Origin: an uncultured candidate division Zixibacteria bacterium
Lineage (GTDB): Bacteria; Zixibacteria; MSB-5A5; RBG-16-43-9
Assembly: GCA_963713865.1 (NCBI GenBank)
Contig: OY970208.1
Span: forward strand, 2,304,001-2,368,000
DNA: 64,000 nucleotides
Reading direction: 5' to 3'
The position numbers and the translations under genes were made by a program. Below, one piece after another: positions 19,628-27,763 of this stretch (position 1 is its first letter; every line of letters starts with the position of its first letter). A model generated the notes under the pieces. That model was not told the origin of the DNA. It saw nothing but the letters and a program-made list of their open reading frames with translations, and ran no database searches.

Positions 19628-20716
19628 TTAGAATGTATGCGGCTTGTGCGGCCCTAATGACCATAAGAGTTGGACGATGGCGGTTTGATAAGGTTTTTCC
19701 CAGTTTTTGCCGTCATCCTGCCTGAGTAATAAGCTTACCCTATAGGTCTCCTCTGCCAACGAGAATCCGGCAAATACGCCATAACCGATTTGATAAATAG
19801 CATCAGTCTCTGGCGTCTGACTATAATCCACAAAGGCACCGACATTAAAGCGTCGCTTAAATTGATAATCTATGGCCGAAAATGCTCCGAAAGAGCTTAC
19901 GTCTTTTGATTCGATAACTGTATCTCCGTTGCTTTCATAAGCGTTATCAATTTTCCGGTAATTGACCATCGCTTCACCAACAAACACTAAGGATTGATAG
20001 ACATTCGGGTGCCATTTATACTTGAAATCAACATCACCCATTTTAGCCCAGCGTTTTTTGACCGGATCAAATTGGCCAAGTAACCCGGAAATCCCGAGCT
20101 CCATTGATGAATATGTTCCAACCGGGGAAAAAAGCGATATCCTGGCATTCCCTCCCATAGCATGGCTTGCATTACTAGTGTCCTCGCCGAGGAGAAAATC
20201 GCCTTGTAAAAGATTCCCTGAAATAGTGAGAGCGTTGTTCCCAACCGGTATCATCGAGGTAACATTGATGCCAACATCCTTCAGTCCTTCTTCACCAAAG
20301 AACTGTTGAAACATTAGAGGACGCAAAATCCAGGACCATTGATGAGCATGTTGAGTATTGATTTTGCCGAAATCAACCAGGTACTGCCCGGCCCTTATTT
20401 GCAGATTCAATGGCAATCCTCTTAGAAGCGTGGCGTAAGCCTCTTCGATATCTATTTCGCCGCCAGTGCCACCAATTCCCATGGCTATATCTGCTCGGGC
20501 GTACGGATTCAAGTAACCGTTTGCCGCAATTTCCAACTCCTCAAAGTTGAGTTCGAACTTATTGTCATATTGATCCGATGGCGCATTTCTATGTCCAGAT
20601 AACCTCAAATCGCCTGTGAAGCTAATATCCGGGTTAACAGGCGCCTGTGATAACGCTATCTGCTCAGAAAAGGCAATTAAAAGCATAAAAAGAATATATG
20701 AAATGATCTTTTTCAT
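19628..20716 (-). CDS. Outer-membrane beta-barrel of Zn-uptake loci
   Basis: Signal peptide, NPDIS, EEAYA, FGKINTQHAHQW, amphipathic strands, C-terminal GPHKPHTF. Confidence 0.7.
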   Translation of the reverse strand: MKKIISYILFMLLIAFSEQIALSQAPVNPDISFTGDLRLSGHRNAPSDQYDNKFELNFEELEIAANGYLNPYARADIAMGIGGTGGEIDIEEAYATLLRGLPLNLQIRAGQYLVDFGKINTQHAHQWSWILRPLMFQQFFGEEGLKDVGINVTSMIPVGNNALTISGNLLQGDFLLGEDTSNASHAMGGNARISLFSPVGTYSSMELGISGLLGQFDPVKKRWAKMGDVDFKYKWHPNVYQSLVFVGEAMVNYRKIDNAYESNGDTVIESKDVSSFGAFSAIDYQFKRRFNVGAFVDYSQTPETDAIYQIGYGVFAGFSLAEETYRVSLLLRQDDGKNWEKPYQTAIVQLLWSLGPHKPHTF

Positions 20717-20782
20717 AAGATTCTCCTGCTAAGAATTAATTGAAAGTCCCCGACCAGGGGATGATTTGATAAAGGCGAAATC

Positions 20783-21085
20783 TCAGCAGAAATCAGGAGG
20801 TGATCTGGGAATTTTATGGGTGACTAATAACTCAGGATAAGGTGCTTCAATAGAAGATAAAGCCAAGGGGCTACTAAACTCTAATATTCCTAATAAGGAA
20901 ACAAAACAAATGAATGAAATGGCAAGGGTCAAATATGCAAGGCAAATAGGGCAATCATGATGAATAAGGCCGTCACGGTGAAAATGGAGAGACCCTACGA
21001 TGCTGACACTCAAAAGCAGAATGACAATTGCGAGAATATTTATTAGAGAAAGAAATTTGCGGGTTTTTTTAGGCATCAACATCAT
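20783..21085 (-). CDS. DUF2946-like His/Cys leader protein with C-terminal RSPP
   Basis: TM helix, HFH...HHDCPIC, second hydrophobic stretch, PRSPP near the C-terminus. Confidence 0.7.
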   Translation of the reverse strand: MMLMPKKTRKFLSLINILAIVILLLSVSIVGSLHFHRDGLIHHDCPICLAYLTLAISFICFVSLLGILEFSSPLALSSIEAPYPELLVTHKIPRSPPDFC

Positions 21086-21416
21086 TATCCTTATACGTCT
21101 CCGAATTCGTCATTCCGATAATGCTGGAATTGAGACATAGGCTTTTCATATTACTACGAATTACTACGAATTTCTTTTAAACGCAAAACAATACTTTTTC
21201 GGCTCTTTGATTTCGATTCGAAACATAAACCTTTGGGTCTTGGCGTCAATAGCCTCTGGTGATGAACATAGCGTCCGGAATCTAAGCGATTGAATAATAA
21301 GTAGTAAAAATAGCGGGGGAAGGATAAAACAGGGTGAGTATACCTTGCCCCTGCAATCTTTTGAAGAGAGGGTTATGGTAAGGTCATCTTCCTTTTTATA
21401 TCTTCCATTGTATTTT

Positions 21417-21756
21417 TCAGCAGGTGAGATGGAAAAGGGCAACAACCTTTTCCTGAGTGGAAAGCTCGTTATAGGTCTTGACTGCCTTTTTAGTATCCTC
21501 CACAATCAGCCTTATCCCTTTGGAGAGAATATAATCCTCAGTCTCAGGCAAAACTTTCATCACCGCATTAAATCCCGTGCCTACGATTATAGTGTTCTGG
21601 CTTCTCCTTAACCACTGGTTTGACATCTTCTAATCTCAATTCATGTCCAGATTTTCTCCACCAGTCAGGCTCAATTCTGTCCGGATAGATGATCAAGTCA
21701 GCAGTATATTTCTCCCCATTGATTACCATCTTCCCGAACTCGTATGACTCAATCAT
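21417..21756 (-). pseudogene. Mth938-like domain protein split by a +1 frameshift near 21594
   Basis: MIESYEFGKMVINGEKYTADLII...KEKPE in one frame; TIIVGTG...AVKTYNEL...ALFHLTC in the next. Confidence 0.8.
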
Positions 21757-23627
21757 TTCTTCTCCTTGGATTGATCTTCTTTAAGATAATTTAAAATCCC
21801 CTGATAAATACCTGAAGCACATTTCTTTTGAAAGACCTCACTTCTTAATAGCTCCTCCTGTTCCGGATAGATTATAAAGGCACATTCCACCAGGACCGAG
21901 AGAAACTGATATGGCCTGGTTAGAGTAAAGTTAGCATAATAAAGCCCCTGATCTGGAATCTTTAGTCTTTTGACCAGCTCCTTTTGAATAGCCCTGGCAA
22001 GCTCTAAACTCTGCGGATGATAATAATAAGTGGAAACCCCGTTGTTAATGAAAGGATTTACCCCATCCGGCAGCGCATTATTATGAATGCTTATCAGGAT
22101 ATGGCAATTGTTATCTGCCGCTATTTCAGGTCGTTCATAGATCCCAACTCCTTCCATACCATAACGGGTTAAAATTACCTCTGCGCCATTTTTCTCTAAA
22201 ATCTTTTTCAATTTTAAAGCTATTTCAAGATTCACCACTCTTTCCTCTAACCCGGTTGGACCAACTGCCCCACTCTCTGGAGAATGTCCAGGGTCTATGC
22301 AGACTTTAAGTCCCTTAAGTTTAAGTTTTAATTCTGGCTCTTTTCTAATCTCCAAACAAAGCTCATTATCTTTATAATAAATATCATAACCCCAGAATCT
22401 TTTCTGCTTCAGATAGACCTTGATTTGGAAGACTTTATTTTCAACTTGTTCCCATCTTATTTCTTTTATAATCTCATCTTTTGAATCATATCTTATCCAG
22501 TCAGTATCCGAATTCCCGCCATAAATCTTTAATAATAAAACCGGTGGCGAATTCTCCTGCTGCACTTCATAAGGTAATTTCTGGCTAAGAGATATTTTAA
22601 TTCTTGTTCGATCATTCAACATTTCCGACCTTATGAATTTTATGTTACTTTCCGGAACAGGAGTACCTGCAGGTAAAAAATTCAGAGCTTCAGCTTTTGC
22701 CCATCCCTCGATATTGTCAGTTAAGTTTAATCTTACCCAGTTACCATTTCTACCATCTGCTACAAACCTTACCCCCTGAGGCTGATACAAAAGAAGATAA
22801 CCCAGACCAGGACCTGTGCGGATAATAGTGGTTGTATCTTTAAGCTCTACGATCTGAGGGATTTCATTTTCTTTTATGGTTATCTTTCCCGGAGCAGAAT
22901 CAACTAAACAGACTAAACCCTTTTCCTTATCATAAAATGCCTCTGCTGGGAAATAAAATGAATCTGGGTTTTCAACTTTTTTGAAAATTTCAAATATTAT
23001 CTTCCCGTTCTCGATTTTATCAGTAGATTTAATTTTATATAAGCCTGTATAAATCCCATCTTGCAAAATCGAATCTTCAGTTTCCCATTTACCAAACACA
23101 CCTTCGCCCCAAAAGACAGGATTCGATTTATAAGACTCAATCATCGGAAAAGGGGAAGTCAAGCTCTGAATGTAAAAGAAAGCCGAACAGTTTGGAGTCC
23201 CCTTGAAACTGGTCTGGATTATATCTCCAGGATTTAAGATCAGATCAAAAGAAGGTACTTTCCCGGAGGATTCTATGCGTAAAGTATCTTCTGGAGTAGG
23301 GAGTAAAGGAAAAGGAACTTCCACCGTTACCTTCCTGGTGGAAATCCCATTCTGGTTTGAAGCGATCAGTTCAAAAACAAAATCCCCCGGCTTTAAAGGA
23401 AGATAGGCTAAAAAAGCACCGTTTTTGTATACTTTAATATTCTGCCCATTTATTTTCAAATCCGAACCCGGAGTAACCGAACCAAAAATGAAAGTGGAAT
23501 CAGAAGAAGTGATCTCTCTACCTTCTGTAGGGTAGACTACTTTTATAACCGGAAGGTTACTCATCTCTACTGCATAAGTATGAGCACAGAAAATTAAGAT
23601 GACTATCAAAATAATATGTAATTTCAT
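21753..23627 (-). CDS. N-acetylmuramoyl-L-alanine amidase (Amidase_3) with SH3-like and AMIN-like domains
   Basis: Signal peptide; IDPGH, EERVVN, ISIHNNA and LVECAF motifs. Confidence 0.9.
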   Translation of the reverse strand: MKLHIILIVILIFCAHTYAVEMSNLPVIKVVYPTEGREITSSDSTFIFGSVTPGSDLKINGQNIKVYKNGAFLAYLPLKPGDFVFELIASNQNGISTRKVTVEVPFPLLPTPEDTLRIESSGKVPSFDLILNPGDIIQTSFKGTPNCSAFFYIQSLTSPFPMIESYKSNPVFWGEGVFGKWETEDSILQDGIYTGLYKIKSTDKIENGKIIFEIFKKVENPDSFYFPAEAFYDKEKGLVCLVDSAPGKITIKENEIPQIVELKDTTTIIRTGPGLGYLLLYQPQGVRFVADGRNGNWVRLNLTDNIEGWAKAEALNFLPAGTPVPESNIKFIRSEMLNDRTRIKISLSQKLPYEVQQENSPPVLLLKIYGGNSDTDWIRYDSKDEIIKEIRWEQVENKVFQIKVYLKQKRFWGYDIYYKDNELCLEIRKEPELKLKLKGLKVCIDPGHSPESGAVGPTGLEERVVNLEIALKLKKILEKNGAEVILTRYGMEGVGIYERPEIAADNNCHILISIHNNALPDGVNPFINNGVSTYYYHPQSLELARAIQKELVKRLKIPDQGLYYANFTLTRPYQFLSVLVECAFIIYPEQEELLRSEVFQKKCASGIYQGILNYLKEDQSKEKK

Positions 23628-23629
23628 AG

Positions 23630-23661
23630 GCTCAAAAGCTCAAATGTTCAAAAGCTCAAAG
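23630..23661. repeat. Four-unit 8-mer tandem array, left arm of an inverted pair
   Basis: GCTCAAAA GCTCAAAT GTTCAAAA GCTCAAAG. Confidence 0.85.
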
Positions 23662-23680
23662 GACAAGTTTAAAAATAATC

Positions 23681-24073
23681 TTAAGAGTCTTTCTTAAATT
23701 TATCTCCTTTTAAATTTGAGCGTTTCAAAAAAGAGATAAAATTCGCTAGCATACCTGAAACCCTTTTTGCCAACTCTCTTACCTCACCTAACTCTTCTTT
23801 AGAAATATATTTCTGGTCAAAAGCAATAAGTAACTGTGTTCTCACTTCGCCACATGAGCCTTTAGCAATATAGAGAAATTGAATCAACTCAACATTTGAC
23901 CCTCTTTCAAATCCTTCAGCAATATTAGACATAATCGAAACACCTGCTCTGCGAATTTGATCCACTAAACAAAAATCTTTACGAAAGTTTTCCTTCTTCG
24001 TCAAAGCATAAATCTTATTAACCAATTCCCTTGCACCTTTCCAAACTAAAAGATCCTCAAACTGCTTTTTCAT
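23681..24073 (-). CDS. Four-helix-bundle protein (23S rRNA IVP / bAvd-like family)
   Basis: FEDLLVWK, DQIRRAGVSIMSNIAEGFER and FLYIAKGSCGEVRTQL signatures. Confidence 0.92.
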   Translation of the reverse strand: MKKQFEDLLVWKGARELVNKIYALTKKENFRKDFCLVDQIRRAGVSIMSNIAEGFERGSNVELIQFLYIAKGSCGEVRTQLLIAFDQKYISKEELGEVRELAKRVSGMLANFISFLKRSNLKGDKFKKDS

Positions 24074-25104
24074 TTCTTTAACCTTTGAGCGTTTGAACTT
24101 TTAAACCTTTGAGCTTTTTTTATCCCTAATCCCGGCAAATCATTTAAAATCCATTTCCCTTGTTTCAACTCTAATCCAGAATACGGGTCATTGGAGATTA
24201 AAAGGTTGCCGTCTAAATCTACATAATCGACCAACGGAGCTACCTGAGCGGCCGCTGAAATCCCCACCGAGCTTTCGATCATACATCCTATCATAATTTT
24301 CAAATCACAAGCTCGGGCCGTATTAATCATCTTTATTGCTTCTCTTAACCCCCCGCATTTCATCAATTTTATATTAATCCCATCTACAATACCTTTATAT
24401 TGGGGAATATCCTTCGCGCACATCACCCACTCATCCACAAAAATCGGAATATCCGTATTTTCACGGATTAGTTTCAAATCCTCCAAATTTCCTGGTGGTA
24501 TCGGTTGTTCAATTAACTCTATATCAAATTTTTCTAATTCTTCAATCTTTTTCAAAGCCTCTTTTGTGCTCCAGCCGCAATTAGCATCCAGCCTGATTTT
24601 TGCATCAGTTATCCCTCTAATTGCTTTCACCATTTTCAAATCGTTTTCTACTCCTACCTTGACTTTATAAACTGAAAATCCCGATGCTTCTTTAACCTTC
24701 TCCTGCATCCTTTTAATAGTATCCACCCCTATGGTATATGAAGTTATTATCTCTTTTTTCTCAACTCCTGATAATTTATGAACTGGTAAATTTAATTTCT
24801 TACCAATAAGGTCGTGCAGTGCCAGATCTATTCCGGCTTTTGCTGAAAAGTTACCTGCCATTTTCCTATTAACCTTATCCATTATTGCATCTATTTCAAG
24901 AGAATCATCCCCTAACTCACTTTTCATTGTTTCTAATACCGATTTTACCGTTCCTTCATTTTCACCATAATAAGTTGAGGGTGATGCCTCACCTATCCCC
25001 TCATCTATATGGACATATACAACTTTTTTAGATGCAATCGAACTCCTGGAGATAGTAAAAGGATCTTTCAACTTCAGCTCATAAGATTCATATTTTAAAA
25101 TCAT
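24070..25104 (-). CDS. L-Ala-D/L-Glu dipeptide epimerase (enolase superfamily)
   Basis: KVKVG, RLDANCGW, IEQP, VDE, INIKLMKCGG, GCMIES, DLDG; start trimmed to ATG 25104. Confidence 0.9.
   Translation of the reverse strand: MILKYESYELKLKDPFTISRSSIASKKVVYVHIDEGIGEASPSTYYGENEGTVKSVLETMKSELGDDSLEIDAIMDKVNRKMAGNFSAKAGIDLALHDLIGKKLNLPVHKLSGVEKKEIITSYTIGVDTIKRMQEKVKEASGFSVYKVKVGVENDLKMVKAIRGITDAKIRLDANCGWSTKEALKKIEELEKFDIELIEQPIPPGNLEDLKLIRENTDIPIFVDEWVMCAKDIPQYKGIVDGINIKLMKCGGLREAIKMINTARACDLKIMIGCMIESSVGISAAAQVAPLVDYVDLDGNLLISNDPYSGLELKQGKWILNDLPGLGIKKAQRFKSSNAQRLKK
24083..24114. repeat. Four-unit 8-mer tandem array, right arm (inverted relative to 23630-23661)
   Basis: CTTTGAGC GTTTGAAC TTTTAAAC CTTTGAGC; 27/32 identical to the reverse complement of the left arm. 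Confidence 0.85.
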
Positions 25105-25135
25105 CTTTTTGCCCTTTATTTTGTTTTTTCTATTT

Positions 25136-25225
25136 CTCATTGCGAACCCCGTAGGGGTGAAGCAATCCTTTTTACTTTAACATAAACGGATTGCTTTGTT
25201 TCGCCTTCGGCGGACTCGCAATGAC
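25136..25225. repeat. Long palindromic element of the (G/C)TCATTGCGA...GAAGCAATC...GATTGCTT...CTCGCAATGAC family
   Basis: Related copies at 58644-58740, 59784-59882 and a variant at 38054-38101. Confidence 0.75.
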
Positions 25226-25404
25226 ACTCAAATTGACTTCGTTGTATCTGGGAACACAAAACTGCATCTTACGTTTTACGTCTCATCTCACACTTCTCTA
25301 CCTCTATCTGTCATTTGTCATCTGTTATTTGTCATTTAACATCTGCTTAATTAATTTAATCTGCTGTGAGGGACTCCTTTGCCTTTAGCCTTTAGCCTAT
25401 AGAC

Positions 25405-26544
25405 TTATTTAACGTAAACCCGTGGTAACCTCTTTCCCATCCGGGAAACTATTTCGTAACTAAAGCTTTCAGCCCATTTTCCTATCTGCTCAGCCTCGAT
25501 TTTTTCCTTACCCTGTTTCCCTAAAAGAATAACCTCTTCTCCGATTTTAACCTCAGGGATAGAAGTTAAATCGACCATAAAAGCATCCATACAAACCCTT
25601 CCGATAATCGGAGCTCTTTTACCTTTTATTAAAACCTCACCCCGGTTGGAAAGCAGTCGGGGATAGCCGTCCGCATAACCTAAAGGGATAGTCCCGATTT
25701 TCGTTTTTCTTTTAGTGATAAAACTCCTGCCATAACCAACTGGGGTTCCCTTATCCACTTCCTTTATTTGAATGATTTTGCTTTTCAGACTCATCACTGG
25801 ATTTACTTCCACCCTTTTAGATAACTTTTCAGATGGGTAGATTCCATACATCAATATTCCCACCCTGACCTGGTCGAAATAGCTTTGAGGCAGCTCCAGA
25901 ACCGCACCAGAATTGGCGATCGAACGGATAAGTTTCCCACCATTGAATTCCTCTACCTGTTTAACAGTTTTCTTAAAAAGTGAAAGTTGTTTTTTAGCAA
26001 AATCCTTATCCTTTTCTTCAGTAGTAGAAAATTGAGACATTATCCCTTTGAGCTTAATATTTTTCAGCTTTTTCATTCTCCTGACAAAATCCAAAACCAG
26101 AGAAGGCTCTATCCCGTACCGACGCATCCCGGTATCTATTTTGAGAAATATCTCTGCGATTTTATTCTGTTTCTCTGCCTCTGAAGAAAGGGCACGAACG
26201 AAATCTAAATCTGTTATCGCTGATTGTAAATCGTATTCAATTATCTTTCTTTCTCTGCCATAAAATTCCGGGCATAAAATCAGGATGGGAGCTTTAATCC
26301 CTTTCTCCCTTAATTCTATTCCTTCTTCTAAGAAAGCCACCCCCAGGGAACTAGCCCCATTTTTTAGAGTAGATCTTGAAACCTCATAAGCTCCGTGACC
26401 ATATCCATTTGCTTTAACCACAGCTAAGAGTTCAACCCCATCACCTAATTTTCTTTTTATATTTTTGAGATTAGATGCTAAATCTTTAAGGTTTATCTCT
26501 AAATAAGCTGGACGAAAGTATTCGTTACCATTTTCTTTTGTCAT
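25405..26544 (-). CDS. alr: Alanine racemase
   Basis: AVVKANGYGHG, KIDTGMRR, ANSG, VRVGI, GYADG, GRVCMD. Confidence 0.96.
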   Translation of the reverse strand: MTKENGNEYFRPAYLEINLKDLASNLKNIKRKLGDGVELLAVVKANGYGHGAYEVSRSTLKNGASSLGVAFLEEGIELREKGIKAPILILCPEFYGRERKIIEYDLQSAITDLDFVRALSSEAEKQNKIAEIFLKIDTGMRRYGIEPSLVLDFVRRMKKLKNIKLKGIMSQFSTTEEKDKDFAKKQLSLFKKTVKQVEEFNGGKLIRSIANSGAVLELPQSYFDQVRVGILMYGIYPSEKLSKRVEVNPVMSLKSKIIQIKEVDKGTPVGYGRSFITKRKTKIGTIPLGYADGYPRLLSNRGEVLIKGKRAPIIGRVCMDAFMVDLTSIPEVKIGEEVILLGKQGKEKIEAEQIGKWAESFSYEIVSRMGKRLPRVYVK

Positions 26545-26676
26545 ATAAAAATCCTTAAATCCATTTTTGATTTTATATATTCAATTATAGGCCCCTTGTC
26601 AAGAACTTTGTAAGGATATCCACCTTTGGTGGATTGTACTTCTACCACACAAATTCCACTCTTCTGGAATGGAAAT

Positions 26677-26714
26677 AAAAAACGCTGGCTTTAAAACAAA
26701 GCCAGCGTTTTTTT
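26677..26714. terminator. Intrinsic terminator downstream of the PorV-like gene
   Basis: A6-CGCTGGCTTT-loop-AAAGCCAGCG-T7. Confidence 0.85.
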
Positions 26715-26726
26715 CAAGTAACGATT

Positions 26727-27743
26727 TTAGAAACCTAATCCGAGGGTGAAGCGGTGCACGCTATCCAGTAATCCAAAATCAGCAAAAGCATAGTCGATCT
26801 TGACTCTCGTTTTAGAACTGAGCTTGTAAGAGAGACCTGCACCTGCGGTAAAACCTCTTTCGTAACCGGTTTCACTGGAGTACTCATATCCAACCCGGGC
26901 GAATAAGGTATTTTTGTAAGAATACTCTAAGCCCAATGCCCCTAATTCCCTACCATCATTCGGCTGAACACCATCCAAATTTGCAGATAGAAGATTGTTT
27001 TCATCCTCTAAGAAATTATAAGCCAAGCCAATGCGTAAAAGTAAAGGCAAAGGATAACCTCTGCTTTCCACATTAACCGGAATATCCTGATAGGTAGGCG
27101 GTGCATCTGGATAGATTTGAACTTCGTGTTCTAATTGGGTACCGGCATATTTCATATTAGTGCCAAAATTGGACATACTCATACCTAACATTAAGCTTCT
27201 AAAACCGGTTGCATACTGGAATCCAATGTCAAATGCCATACCATTGGCATTTAACTCCCAGATAACCTGACGAACCAATTTAGTATTTAATCCTACTGAG
27301 AAGCGGTCAGTGATTTTTCGAGCATAGCTTGCCCCAACCACCATATCATAACAGCTGAAATTTACCCCGGTTCCCTCAGGTTTTTCCACAGTGGTTTCTT
27401 CGAACTCAGGCATAGAAAGAATCCCCAGGAATATTCCCCCAACTCCGCCTGCCAGTGGAAAACCATAAGCGACATTGTCGTAATTTATCTCAGCAATCCA
27501 TTCTGTATGCGTGAAACTGACCTCAGAGCCGTTTAAATTGGCCAGACCAGCCGGATTCCAGAAAACTGAGGTAACATCACCAATCGAAGCCGTAACTGCT
27601 TCTCCTTTACCGATATTCTGGGCACCCACTCCGATTTTCAAGAACTGGGCTCCAGAAGTGCCAACCTTACTAATGTCCCCACCGAAGACCACGTTAGCAC
27701 CCAGAAGGAGTAAGCAGGCAAAAAAGATTATTATTTTTTTCAT
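26727..27743 (-). CDS. PorV/PorQ family (UPF0164) outer-membrane beta-barrel
   Basis: Signal peptide; GTSGAQFLKIGVGA...GEA...SVFWNPAGLA; IDYAF...HRFTLGLGF C-terminus. Confidence 0.85.
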   Translation of the reverse strand: MKKIIIFFACLLLLGANVVFGGDISKVGTSGAQFLKIGVGAQNIGKGEAVTASIGDVTSVFWNPAGLANLNGSEVSFTHTEWIAEINYDNVAYGFPLAGGVGGIFLGILSMPEFEETTVEKPEGTGVNFSCYDMVVGASYARKITDRFSVGLNTKLVRQVIWELNANGMAFDIGFQYATGFRSLMLGMSMSNFGTNMKYAGTQLEHEVQIYPDAPPTYQDIPVNVESRGYPLPLLLRIGLAYNFLEDENNLLSANLDGVQPNDGRELGALGLEYSYKNTLFARVGYEYSSETGYERGFTAGAGLSYKLSSKTRVKIDYAFADFGLLDSVHRFTLGLGF

Positions 27744-27763
27744 TTTATCATTCCTCCTTTGGT

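Noticed and set aside
21311-21325. tRNA gene
   Set aside because: Only a 15-nt 3'-end-like fragment; no cloverleaf
21164-21611. ORFs 21164-21505 (-) and 21345-21611 (+)
   Set aside because: They overlap the Mth938 gene in other frames and show no recognisable homology
23630-24114. CRISPR array or DGR
   Set aside because: Units are contiguous 8-mers without spacers; no cas gene, reverse transcriptase or TR/VR pair in the window
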